Shown here: piece by piece, positions 39,891 to 49,978 of the stretch
Numbering within the stretch: the stretch's first letter is position 1
How the letters are laid out: each line of letters starts with the position of its first letter
Assembly (NCBI GenBank): GCA_950054195.1
Contig: CATLPG010000011.1
Coordinates: 16 to 64,015, forward strand
DNA: 64,000 bases
Direction: 5' to 3'
Origin: an uncultured Saccharospirillaceae bacterium
GTDB lineage: Bacteria > Bacteroidota > Bacteroidia > Flavobacteriales_D > CAJJDF01
Translations under genes and position numbers: made by a program
Notes under the pieces: model-generated
Databases searched by the model: none
Seen by the model: the letters and a program-made list of their open reading frames with translations, nothing else
What the model was told of the DNA's origin: nothing

Positions 39891-41672
39891 ATGAAAACAT
39901 GGTTGTCGTTAATTGCTATTAGTTTTTTTAATTTTGCTGTAATTGCTCAAAATATTGGTGTAGGTACAACAACCCCTACCAACTTTTTTCATGTGAGCCC
40001 TTCTGGGCCAGGTAATCCTGTAAGAATCGAAGGGTTGCAAATTACAAATAATGAGAGAGATATATTAATAACTGATGCATCTAATGGAGAATTAAAATAT
40101 ATTCCTATTAATCAATTAGCCGATAGTATAGCTGCTAGCATAGGGGGGCTTTTTACAGACAATCAAAACATAGACAGTATAACTCTTAATGGAACAACAT
40201 TAACAGTTTATATAGAATCTGGTTTGAGTTCATCTGTCAACCTACAATCATTAATTGATTCTGCTGTAGCCAATACACCATCTGGAGGCGATGACAATCA
40301 AAATTTAACCGTGCTTGGAGGTACACCTACGTCAAGTGTAATAGATATTGAAGATGGAGATAGTATTATCATCCAGGCAGGATCAAACATAAATCTGTCA
40401 GAAAGTGGTAATACAATTACTATCTCTTCTACTGGTGATGGTACTGGAACTGACGATCAAAATTTAGATAGTTTAACATTAAATGGAACAATATTGACAG
40501 GCTATATCGAATCTGGTGCTAGTGCTTCTATCGATTTACAGCCAATTATCGACAGTGCATCAAATAGTGCAGGTAATGCATGGTTGATAAACGGAAACTC
40601 TAATACAAATTCAACTGTAAACTTTTTAGGAACTACTAACAATGAAGAGTTAGTTTTTAGAACAAACAACGTTTTTTCAGGAATCATAGGTCTTGGATCA
40701 AACGGTAATTTATATCTCGGACAAAGAGCTAATTTTTCACAAAGTGGAACAGGAGGTTCTCGTAATATAGGTATAGGATATGAGGCTTTGCATGGCCCAA
40801 CAACAGGATTAGGAAATATTGCTTTAGGTAGATTTGCCTTAAGAAATAGTGCAGGAGGTAGCAGTAACATAGCTATAGGACTAAATGCAATGTATGAAAA
40901 TGCAGGAGGAAGTGATAATATTGCAATAGGAGAAAATGTTTTATATAATATAGGTGTTTCAGGTGGGGGAGCATCTAGGAATGTAGCTATTGGTAATGGA
41001 GCAATGATTAATACTGGAACAGGTGGTGGTGGACCGATAAGAAACGTTGCTATTGGTCAAGATGCTTTCCCTGATTTAGGAATTGGGGGTGCTGGCCCTA
41101 TCGGATCCACTGGAGTAGGAGGACAAGTTGTAGCTACAGGTAACCCAAGTAACGCTATGGCCTTAGGTTATCAAGCAACAGTGAATGCTTCTAATCAGGT
41201 AAGGGTTGGAAATGCTTCTGTTTCTTCAATTGGAGGTTTTGCCAACTGGAGTAATGTTTCAGATGTTAGATTTAAGAGAAATATAAATGAAAATGTACCA
41301 GGATTAGAGTTTATTCTAGGATTAAAACCAGTTACTTATACATTAGATATTGATAAAATTAACCAGCATTTAGGAGTAGAAGATGCCTTTGATAACAAGG
41401 AAAAGAAAAAACAAATTCAGTCGGGTTTCTTAGCACAAGATGTTGAAGACTTAGCTCAAAAAATAGGTTATGACTTTAGCGGTATCGATAAACCTCAAAA
41501 TGAACATGGGCACTACGGTTTAAAATACGCTGAGTTTGTAGTTCCTTTAGTAAAAGCAATGCAGGAGCAACAAGAAGAAATACAAAATTTGAAGAAAAAA
41601 CTAGCCGAACAAGAAGCTATATTTAAGGCAGAATTAGATGAAATAAAGTTGTTGATTAAAGAAAAAGAATAG
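39891..41672 (+). CDS. Secreted tail-fibre-like protein with C-terminal peptidase S74 intramolecular chaperone
   Basis: Signal peptide + NIGVGTTTP; DNQ/DDQ stalk repeats; 14-aa NIAIGxxAL beta-roll repeats; SDVRFKRNI...LKPVTY...GFLAQDVE...coiled coil. Confidence 0.85.
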   Translation: MKTWLSLIAISFFNFAVIAQNIGVGTTTPTNFFHVSPSGPGNPVRIEGLQITNNERDILITDASNGELKYIPINQLADSIAASIGGLFTDNQNIDSITLNGTTLTVYIESGLSSSVNLQSLIDSAVANTPSGGDDNQNLTVLGGTPTSSVIDIEDGDSIIIQAGSNINLSESGNTITISSTGDGTGTDDQNLDSLTLNGTILTGYIESGASASIDLQPIIDSASNSAGNAWLINGNSNTNSTVNFLGTTNNEELVFRTNNVFSGIIGLGSNGNLYLGQRANFSQSGTGGSRNIGIGYEALHGPTTGLGNIALGRFALRNSAGGSSNIAIGLNAMYENAGGSDNIAIGENVLYNIGVSGGGASRNVAIGNGAMINTGTGGGGPIRNVAIGQDAFPDLGIGGAGPIGSTGVGGQVVATGNPSNAMALGYQATVNASNQVRVGNASVSSIGGFANWSNVSDVRFKRNINENVPGLEFILGLKPVTYTLDIDKINQHLGVEDAFDNKEKKKQIQSGFLAQDVEDLAQKIGYDFSGIDKPQNEHGHYGLKYAEFVVPLVKAMQEQQEEIQNLKKKLAEQEAIFKAELDEIKLLIKEKE

Positions 41673-41750
41673 TAACTTGTAGTTCATTGATATAAAAAAT
41701 TATAGACGTTTTCAAATTTTCATCTTCCTTTACTAATAATAGATTTATCT

Positions 41751-44318
41751 ATGTTGAGAATCCCTATTTTAATTACCATAATATTATTACTAACTCATAA
41801 TGGACATACACAGTATGGATTTGGTACAAACACACCAAATAGTAATGCTGTAGTTCATTTTACTTCTTCTGATAGTACAAAAGGAGTTTTATTACCTGTT
41901 ACAACAACAGCAAAACTTCCTATAGCAGCTAATGCTTTAAAAGGAATGGTAGTATATAATTTAGACGAAAACTGCTTTCAGTTGTGCAATGGAACTAATT
42001 GGAAATGTTTAACAATCAATGATAGCAGTGAATGGGTGGATGGTAGTTTGGTAGGATTAACAGCTGGTAATATTTATGCACGACAGTCACTAACACGAGG
42101 AGATACAGTAACTATTGATACTAATGGTAAATTTGGAATTGGAACTAATACTCCTTTACAAAATTTAGAGGTTTCAGGAACAGGAACAGTGGTAGCTCAT
42201 GTTATGACTAAGGATTCAACAGCGTCAGATAGAGCTGTGTTTGGAATCAAAAGAGGAACCAAACTTTGGGATTTAGGAATAAATACTCAGTTAAATAATA
42301 ATAATAATTTAAACTTCAGAGAAGGAGCAATCATACGATTTACCATGGCAGAAGGAGGAAATGTGGGGGTTGGTACTAATGCTCCTACTTTTCGTTTAGA
42401 TGTAGATTCAGCTATTAATGCAGGTTACCATTACTACCAAAAGGGAGAAAGAATAGTAACTGCTATACCTAATAATACAGCTATAGCAAGCGGTAATGTT
42501 GCTGTTGGAGTAAATACCTTAAGAAATGTTTCAGGTATATTAAATACAGCAGTTGGTAATTTAACATTAGATAGCAATACAACTGGTAATTTAAATACCG
42601 CAATTGGAGCAAGCTCATTAAGATCTAATTTAACAGGATCATTTAATACCGGGGTTGGATATAATACGTTAACTAGTAATAGTTCAGGTGATGATAATAC
42701 AGCAATGGGAAGAAGTGCATTATCTCAAAATACTATCGGAGATTCAAATACTGCTGTTGGTGTTGTTTCGTTAGGAGATAATATTAATGGTAGACTAAAT
42801 GTCGCTTTAGGAACTGGAGCTCTAGCAAATAATATTAGTGGAAATGGAAACACTTCAGTTGGTACAGATGCACTTCGTTCATCACTTAACGGGAATAATA
42901 ATATAGCTATAGGAGTAGATGCTGGGGATAACCTATCTGCTGGTGACAATAATATTATTATTGGTTCTAATATCGACTTTCCAAGTAATACTAACAGCTA
43001 TCAGTTAAATATAGGAAATATTATATATGGGACAGATATAGATGGTTCAGGTAGCACATTATCGACAGGAAATATTGGAATAGGGACGACCACTCCATCA
43101 GCAAAATTAGATGTTGAAAATATAGTAGATGGTGATACATCTGAAATTACAACAGAGTTAAACACATATACAACTGGTGCTACCCTAACGCAAAATAGAA
43201 GCCATACACCACTTTCAATAACTTATACAGCTAATAACGTTGTAGGTGCTCAAACCAATGGTCAAAGGCACACAGTTTTAGGAATTAATAGCCGAGTAAC
43301 AGCTTCTGGTACCACAAGAGGATATAGCTATTCTAGTTTGTTTGGTCGTACCATTCATAATTCATCTGGAGATATGACAGATATGTTTGGATCATATAGC
43401 TTAGCTGAAACTCAAAATGCAGCAACGAGCTCAGGAAATATTGATAACTTAAGAGGTATCTATGGAGGAGCCACCATAAACTCAGGTAGTACTGGAGTTG
43501 TAAACAGTGCAGTTGGTGTCAGGGCCAATGCTTTGAATAACAATAATAATAATACGCTAAATAACTTAACAGGTACATCTAGTCAGGCTAACAATGATAA
43601 TGGAGGAACTGTTATAAATGCTTACGGAAGTAACAACCTTGTTTTCAATAACGATGCAAGTACAATTTCTAATGCTTATGGAAATTATTCACGAATTATT
43701 CAAGACGATGCAGGAGGTACCATAAACAACTCCTATGGTTACTATTCATATATTGATCATGATGCAGGTACTTCAACAAATGGTTATTTATTTAGAGGTG
43801 ATTATGATGGTATACATACGAATAAATGGGGAATTTATTTAACAGGTGAAGATTCTTCTTACTTGTCAGGTTCACTAGGAATTGGGACGACAAATATTAC
43901 AGAAAAGCTGGATGTTAATGGAAATATAAGAGCCAGCGGTAATTTTATTTCTGGAGCTACAACTTTAACTGTACCTGATTATGTTTTTGAAAAATATTAC
44001 AAAGGAGAGTCTAAACTTAAAAAAGATTATACCTTTTTAAGCCTTGAGGAAATTGAGAGCTTTACTCGTGAAAACGGTCACTTACCAGGTGTTACTTCTG
44101 CTGGCGAGGTAAAGAGTAAAAATCAATTTAATATAACACAATCCTCACTAACCAATCTAGAAAAAATAGAGGAACTTTATTTGCACGTAATTGAAGTGAA
44201 TAAATCAAATAAAAGCTTGATCGAGCAAAACAAAAAGCAACAAGAGTTAATCAACTTATTACTTGAGCAAAATCAATCATTAAATAAGAGAGTAGAAGCT
44301 TTAGAAAATAAAGAATAA
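41751..44318 (+). CDS. Secreted tail-fibre/adhesin-like protein with PDYVF-type chaperone C-terminus
   Basis: Signal peptide; GIGTxxP repeats; NTAVGxxxL beta-roll repeats; VPDYVFE...HLPGV...LEKIEELYL + coiled coil. Confidence 0.82.
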   Translation: MLRIPILITIILLLTHNGHTQYGFGTNTPNSNAVVHFTSSDSTKGVLLPVTTTAKLPIAANALKGMVVYNLDENCFQLCNGTNWKCLTINDSSEWVDGSLVGLTAGNIYARQSLTRGDTVTIDTNGKFGIGTNTPLQNLEVSGTGTVVAHVMTKDSTASDRAVFGIKRGTKLWDLGINTQLNNNNNLNFREGAIIRFTMAEGGNVGVGTNAPTFRLDVDSAINAGYHYYQKGERIVTAIPNNTAIASGNVAVGVNTLRNVSGILNTAVGNLTLDSNTTGNLNTAIGASSLRSNLTGSFNTGVGYNTLTSNSSGDDNTAMGRSALSQNTIGDSNTAVGVVSLGDNINGRLNVALGTGALANNISGNGNTSVGTDALRSSLNGNNNIAIGVDAGDNLSAGDNNIIIGSNIDFPSNTNSYQLNIGNIIYGTDIDGSGSTLSTGNIGIGTTTPSAKLDVENIVDGDTSEITTELNTYTTGATLTQNRSHTPLSITYTANNVVGAQTNGQRHTVLGINSRVTASGTTRGYSYSSLFGRTIHNSSGDMTDMFGSYSLAETQNAATSSGNIDNLRGIYGGATINSGSTGVVNSAVGVRANALNNNNNNTLNNLTGTSSQANNDNGGTVINAYGSNNLVFNNDASTISNAYGNYSRIIQDDAGGTINNSYGYYSYIDHDAGTSTNGYLFRGDYDGIHTNKWGIYLTGEDSSYLSGSLGIGTTNITEKLDVNGNIRASGNFISGATTLTVPDYVFEKYYKGESKLKKDYTFLSLEEIESFTRENGHLPGVTSAGEVKSKNQFNITQSSLTNLEKIEELYLHVIEVNKSNKSLIEQNKKQQELINLLLEQNQSLNKRVEALENKE

Positions 44319-47300
44319 TTATCGGATAACATTTACATGTCCGATCAGTTTTTGGTTAGTGCTATTAACATCCGAATAAGTAATCTTCCATACATAAGTG
44401 TCCATCTTTACTTTTTCACCTTTGAAGTTGCCATTCCAGCCAACAGCTATATCTTCAGTTTCAAAAATTAACTGTCCCCAGCGATTATAAATACTCATTT
44501 CAAACTTGGTTAGGTCTAAAGCATTCACTTTAAAAACATCATTAACGCCATCACCATCAGGAGTAAAAGAATTAGGTACATAAATAACTCCATCTAAACT
44601 TATTGTAACACTGTCTCTAGCAATACAACCATAATGATCCAATATATTAGCATAAAACGTGGTAGTAGCTTCTGGAAAAGCAGCTGTGTTTTCACAACTT
44701 AAACAATTCAAGTAAGCAGACGAATCCCAAAAGAATGAACCACCACTGTGTGTTGCACCTAAGGTTACATCTTGCCCATAGATAATAATTTTATCTTCTC
44801 CAGCATCTATTGTAGGTATAGGAAAGTAGCTAATTGAAGTATTTGCAGTATCTGTACATCCCAACGAGTCTGTAACGATTACATAATACTCTTGGGGTTG
44901 ATAAGGAAAACCTAAAGTAGAATCATTTAATGGACTTGCTAAATTATTTTTTGGAAACCAGTTATAACCAACTCCACCAGATGCAGTTAACAAAAAGGTG
45001 TCGTTATAACAAATAGTTAGAGGTGGAGATGCTATAGCAGTAGGTTTAATGATCTCAACTGTTACGTTATCAGTTACGGTTCCACATGCGTTTGTAAAAT
45101 CTACAGAATAGGTAGTTGTTTGTTGAGGAGTAGCAATAACATTATTTCCTGCATTAGTATCTAATGTTGAACTAGGGTTCCATAGATATGACCGTGCTCC
45201 ACCAGCAAGTAAAGGCATACTTTCTCCATTACACATGGCTGTGTCATTGGTTAACGTATTGATGGGTAATGTTTGGTCAACTGCTATGTAAACCGAATCC
45301 ATTGTAGGGCAACCATCAGGTGTTATTATACTAACATAATATTGTGTACTCTGATTAGGAAAAGCCCCAGTGGAGCCATTATTTGGTTGAGTAACAAAGT
45401 TAGCAGGACTCCATGTATAAGTACCACCACCAGTAGCAGTTATAGGAACTGTATCTCCTAAGCAAACAATCGTATCTGCTGTTGCGGAAGTAGTAATGTC
45501 GAAAATGCCTATGGTTACTTCAGCAGTATCAGCCCCACATTGATCGGAAACAATTACTTGGTAGGTTGTATTAGTTGTACCTGGAGAGGCTACTGGATTA
45601 GCTATAGTAGCATCACTCAAAGAATTAGCAGGAGACCACAAATAAGATGTTCCACCAGAAGCATTTAACTGTATTGTTTCATTTGGACAAATGAAAGTTG
45701 TTGGTGTTACTTGTGCTTGTATTGGGTTGTACAACTCAATAGTAATAGTATTTGAGTCTGGTAAAACACATCCTGTGGAATCAGAAACAACAAGCTTAAC
45801 TTGATAAGTTCCTCCAGAGGCATAAGCATGAGTAGGTTCAAAATCTGTAGAAGTATTACCATCTCCAAAGTCCCAGAAATAGGTGTTTCCACCATTACTT
45901 TGATTATCAAAAGTTACAGGAGCAGGCCAACAATAAAAAGCTTGAGGAGTACTTGCAATAGCATAAACAATTTCTACATTGAATTTAAATATAGCTAAGT
46001 TACATCCAGTACTGTTATTCGTATTTGACCAAACACCAGCAGTGGTTGGAAAATCAGAGTTACCTCCACACCCAGCACAAACCGCTTGATAAACATTCCC
46101 ATCTTTATCAAACCTACTGGTTCCTCCATCAACATGTTCAGAAGATGTACCTCCACCAAAGAAGGTTCCATATAGTAGATTTTGTGCATCTCTTGAAAGC
46201 ACCATCAAGTAAAAATCATCACCATCAGTTGTTGCTTGAAAGGCATCATTAGTAACAGGTAGTCCAGAAGTTGTACTCGTTGGTATATTTCCTGTATTTG
46301 AGGAACCTCCCCAACCACATACATATACCAATCCACAATCATTTACTAAAAAGGCGGTCAATGAAATATCAATATTCCCCGAACTTCTTCCAAAAACAGT
46401 ACTCCATTCCATCGTAGTAATAGTATTGTCAAATTTTTGAATAAACTGACCACTGTTAGGATTATTATATTTACCTGGTGTAACAGGCATACTACCCCTT
46501 GATTGCCCCACTACATATACATCGTCATAAATATCTACTTGAATTAAAAACGTTTGATCATAGGCTCCAGTACCTATATGTCGTGAGGTTAATAGACTTC
46601 CATTAGGATCATACTTGGCAATATATCCATCAACTCCACCATTTCCACTAGTTGAAGCACTTGGTAAGCTAACGCTTGTTGAACCTCCAGTAACAAAAAT
46701 ATTATTACTACCATCCAGTTGTATACCATAACCACTTTCACTACCTGTACTACCAAAGTAAGTACCCCATAAGATGTTACTTAAATTAGCGTTCATTTTA
46801 AAAAATACGGCATCTACATTTCCAGCAAGTGAAGAACCATCAGTTACTGGGAAATTGGATGAAGTTGAGCTTGTACTGATATAACAATTATCATTATTGT
46901 CCACTATAATTTCTCCCCTAAACCAATCACCATAATTCATGGTTAAACCTGAAGGATTTAAAGTGCCATCGTCCCCTGATCCACCAACATATGTAGAACT
47001 TAGCATTGTTGTTCCTGTAGCATTTAGTTTACTTATGAATATATCTGTACCATTAGGATGCTCAATAGCTGCTCCAGCAATTCCAATATTTCCCCCTCCA
47101 TTAAATGTACCGTCATAAGCACCTGCAGTTGTTGGAAAATTAGATGATCCAGTAGAACCAAAAATATACAGTTCGTAATTATCGTTCACAACTAAACTTT
47201 GAGGAGTTTCTGCCAGAGAACCTCCTATGTAAGTAGAGTATATGAGTGCTCCTCCATTTGCATTAAATTTACTGATACCTACATCAGGGTGAGCTAATCC

Positions 47301-48227
47301 GTAAATCGAAGTTCCTGAACCATTAAAAGTAACATCATAAGCTCCAGAGGTTGTAGGATAACCTGTTCCAAAAATAGTTCCAGCAGCATATGTATTTCCA
47401 TCGATATCATAAGTTGCCGTTGAACCAAAATTGTTGGCTGTTGACCCTGTATAGGTTGAAAATATAAGAATAGGGTCTATAATTAAAGGGTGATTTTTAT
47501 CGTAACCTTCGGGAAATTCAAAAGAAACTTCATTTCTATTAAGAACGAAATTGCACGAAACTGTTACTTTTTGACCATCAATTTCTTGATAAGCAACAGG
47601 TTTTTGTTCAATAACATCGGATATGGATGTTTTTACCACTAACATCCCATGTTTTATTTTCAGTTTATCAGCTCCCTCATAATCCAAAATGATCTTTGTG
47701 GGATCTCCACTAGGTTGGATGATAAAGTCGTATTTTAAATTTCCATCTTGTTCGTAGATACTAAAATCGATGTTGTCATAAACATTCTGATAATATAATT
47801 CGTGGTATGCTCTAACATTAGAAGCCCACTTGGAAGAATCATTTCCAATAAAGTAGTTCTCATAAGAAATTGAAGCATGTTTTTTTGAAATGGATGGATT
47901 TTTATTTGCTCCCTTAAATTTCATTTTCAACCCATGCGCTTTAATTTTCTTAGGAAACTTTTTTCTAGTTCCAACATGTAGTTCACTAATAAATGAACGA
48001 TCTACAAAGTGGTAAGTTAATCCTGTTTTTTCCAAAAAAAGTGCTCCTTGTTGTAAATCGACTTTAAATTCACAGTTTGGATGCCATTGACCTTTGTTTT
48101 CTTTAAATAAATATGCAGGGAATAAAGCTTCTTCATTATGGTCGTGCATATGATCATGCTGACTATTGAGAGGGAGGAAATTCAACATCCATGCACTAAA
48201 CAAAATTATATGTAATTTATTAATCAT
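44319..48227 (-). CDS. T9SS type B cargo: SBBP beta-propeller + PKD + Ig-like repeats + gliding-motility CTD
   Basis: FKENKGQW, LIIDPILIFSTY, NFPTTAGAY, STYxGG repeats, EHVDGGTSRFD, WDFGDG; CTD YVPNSFTPDGDGVND...YNRWG...GHVNVIR. Confidence 0.88.
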   Translation of the reverse strand: MINKLHIILFSAWMLNFLPLNSQHDHMHDHNEEALFPAYLFKENKGQWHPNCEFKVDLQQGALFLEKTGLTYHFVDRSFISELHVGTRKKFPKKIKAHGLKMKFKGANKNPSISKKHASISYENYFIGNDSSKWASNVRAYHELYYQNVYDNIDFSIYEQDGNLKYDFIIQPSGDPTKIILDYEGADKLKIKHGMLVVKTSISDVIEQKPVAYQEIDGQKVTVSCNFVLNRNEVSFEFPEGYDKNHPLIIDPILIFSTYTGSTANNFGSTATYDIDGNTYAAGTIFGTGYPTTSGAYDVTFNGSGTSIYGLAHPDVGISKFNANGGALIYSTYIGGSLAETPQSLVVNDNYELYIFGSTGSSNFPTTAGAYDGTFNGGGNIGIAGAAIEHPNGTDIFISKLNATGTTMLSSTYVGGSGDDGTLNPSGLTMNYGDWFRGEIIVDNNDNCYISTSSTSSNFPVTDGSSLAGNVDAVFFKMNANLSNILWGTYFGSTGSESGYGIQLDGSNNIFVTGGSTSVSLPSASTSGNGGVDGYIAKYDPNGSLLTSRHIGTGAYDQTFLIQVDIYDDVYVVGQSRGSMPVTPGKYNNPNSGQFIQKFDNTITTMEWSTVFGRSSGNIDISLTAFLVNDCGLVYVCGWGGSSNTGNIPTSTTSGLPVTNDAFQATTDGDDFYLMVLSRDAQNLLYGTFFGGGTSSEHVDGGTSRFDKDGNVYQAVCAGCGGNSDFPTTAGVWSNTNNSTGCNLAIFKFNVEIVYAIASTPQAFYCWPAPVTFDNQSNGGNTYFWDFGDGNTSTDFEPTHAYASGGTYQVKLVVSDSTGCVLPDSNTITIELYNPIQAQVTPTTFICPNETIQLNASGGTSYLWSPANSLSDATIANPVASPGTTNTTYQVIVSDQCGADTAEVTIGIFDITTSATADTIVCLGDTVPITATGGGTYTWSPANFVTQPNNGSTGAFPNQSTQYYVSIITPDGCPTMDSVYIAVDQTLPINTLTNDTAMCNGESMPLLAGGARSYLWNPSSTLDTNAGNNVIATPQQTTTYSVDFTNACGTVTDNVTVEIIKPTAIASPPLTICYNDTFLLTASGGVGYNWFPKNNLASPLNDSTLGFPYQPQEYYVIVTDSLGCTDTANTSISYFPIPTIDAGEDKIIIYGQDVTLGATHSGGSFFWDSSAYLNCLSCENTAAFPEATTTFYANILDHYGCIARDSVTISLDGVIYVPNSFTPDGDGVNDVFKVNALDLTKFEMSIYNRWGQLIFETEDIAVGWNGNFKGEKVKMDTYVWKITYSDVNSTNQKLIGHVNVIR

Positions 48228-48239
48228 ATACTACCAATA

Positions 48240-48268
48240 ATATAACGCAACAATTAAGCCAAGGATGC
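48240..48268 (-). promoter_or_regulatory. Putative ECF-sigma promoter GCATCC-N15-CGTTATAT
   Basis: Near-identical to the motif at 276-305; 13 nt upstream of ATG 48227. Confidence 0.45.
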
Positions 48269-48347
48269 CTTTTTAAGTAAAAAAATAACCTTTATTTTTA
48301 TTGTTAATTATTATAAGGGTGTTTCACTTAAATGTACGATTAAATAC

Positions 48348-49364
48348 GTGGAAATTTTAACAAACCAATCTGTTTTTCAATACAATACTTTTGGAATAGA
48401 TGTAAAAACAAAATATTTAGCTTCTTTTAAAAATATTGAAGAGTTAAAAGAGTTGCTGCAAAGCCCACTAATTCAAGAGGAGAAAAAACTTATTATTGGA
48501 GGAGGAAGCAATGTTTTGTTTACAAAGAATTATGAGGGCGTAATTTTAGTCAATAAAATTACTGGTATTGATATAGTTGAGGAAAACGAAGAGCATGTTT
48601 TAGTTAAAGTTGGAGCGGGTGAAAATTGGCATGAATTTGTTATGTGGTCTATCAATAATCAATATGCAGGAATTGAAAACCTATCATTAATACCTGGGAG
48701 TGTTGGTGCTAGCCCGATGCAAAATATTGGAGCTTATGGTGTAGAAATTAAAGATGTGTTCCATCAATTAGAAGCAGTAGAAATAAAAACAGGCAATACT
48801 CAAGTTTTTAATCACAAAGAATGTGCTTTTGGTTACCGTGAAAGTGTGTTTAAAAATGTACTTAAAGATCAGTTTGTTATTACTTCAGTGACCTACAAGC
48901 TAAATAAGAAACCAGTTTATAACATTTCTTATGGAGCAATTAAACAGCAATTAGAAGAAAACAATGTGGAAGATTTAAGCATAAAGGAAGTAGCTAATGC
49001 TGTTATTCAAATAAGACAAAGTAAACTACCCGATCCTCAAAAAATTGGAAATGCAGGTAGTTTTTTTAAAAATCCTATAGTATCCCAAGCTAAATTTGAA
49101 GAGTTAAAACAGAAATTTCCAGAAATAGCTCATTACCTATTACCAGATAGTACAGTCAAACTCGCTGCAGGCTGGTTAATTGATAATTTGGGATGGAAAG
49201 GAAAAAGGGTTAACAATCATGGTGTTCATAGCAAACAAGCATTGGTTCTTGTTAATTACGGAGGAAGCAGTGGAGAAGATATATATAATCTTTCAGAAGA
49301 TATCATTGCTTCAGTAAAGGAAGCTTATGGAGTAGAGTTAGAACGAGAAGTTAATATTTACTAA
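48348..49364 (+). CDS. murB: UDP-N-acetylmuramate dehydrogenase
   Basis: IGGGSNVLF, IPGSVGASPMQNIGAYG, GNAGSFFKNP, QALVLVN, LEREV. Confidence 0.97.
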   Translation: MEILTNQSVFQYNTFGIDVKTKYLASFKNIEELKELLQSPLIQEEKKLIIGGGSNVLFTKNYEGVILVNKITGIDIVEENEEHVLVKVGAGENWHEFVMWSINNQYAGIENLSLIPGSVGASPMQNIGAYGVEIKDVFHQLEAVEIKTGNTQVFNHKECAFGYRESVFKNVLKDQFVITSVTYKLNKKPVYNISYGAIKQQLEENNVEDLSIKEVANAVIQIRQSKLPDPQKIGNAGSFFKNPIVSQAKFEELKQKFPEIAHYLLPDSTVKLAAGWLIDNLGWKGKRVNNHGVHSKQALVLVNYGGSSGEDIYNLSEDIIASVKEAYGVELEREVNIY

Positions 49365-49366
49365 AT

Positions 49367-49978
49367 ATGATTTTACCAATAGTTTATGCAGGGAATATCG
49401 AATACTTTTCGTTATTACTTAATAGTGAATCACCGATATTTTTAGATGGTTATGAGCATTTTGTCAAACAAACTTATCGTAATAGAACAGAAATTTACGG
49501 AGCAAATGGGAAATTGTCTTTAATTATACCATTAATTAAACGTAACAAACGTACTCCAATGAATGAGGTGCTCATAGATTATAGTCAAAATTGGCAAAAA
49601 TTACATTGGAAATCGTTTGAATCAGCTTATCGTTCTTCAGCTTATTTTGAGTATTATGAACATCAATTGATTGCATTTTACAAAGAAAAAAAGTATCAAA
49701 AATTAGTTGATTTTAATTTAGCCTTGCTCGAAAGAATATTGACGTTATTAAAACAAGAGGTAAATATAGGTTTCACAACAAGCTATACTGAAGTAGAGGG
49801 AACTGATTATCGTAAAGAAATAAATCCCAAAAACTCAAAAACCAAAAACTATCCTAAAAAGGATTATTTTCAGGTATTTGATTCGAGACATGGGTTTATA
49901 CCTAACCTTTCAATTTTTGATTTATTATTTAATGAGGGACCTAATGCTATAAATATGATTAATCATGGAAAAAATTAG
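49367..49978 (+). CDS. WbqC-family protein
   Basis: KQTYRNRTEI, HWKSFESAY, YFQVF, NLSIFDLLFNEGP. Confidence 0.9.
   Translation: MILPIVYAGNIEYFSLLLNSESPIFLDGYEHFVKQTYRNRTEIYGANGKLSLIIPLIKRNKRTPMNEVLIDYSQNWQKLHWKSFESAYRSSAYFEYYEHQLIAFYKEKKYQKLVDFNLALLERILTLLKQEVNIGFTTSYTEVEGTDYRKEINPKNSKTKNYPKKDYFQVFDSRHGFIPNLSIFDLLFNEGPNAINMINHGKN

Noticed and set aside
39891-44318. Prophage or tailocin suggested by tail-fibre domains
   Set aside because: No integrase, capsid, terminase, sheath or baseplate genes; both proteins have Sec signal peptides.
48246-48261. Sigma54-like TGGCTTAATTGTTGCG (minus strand)
   Set aside because: Spacing fits, but it overlaps an ECF-type motif that recurs at 276-305. The ECF reading is preferred; the sigma54 reading is not excluded.
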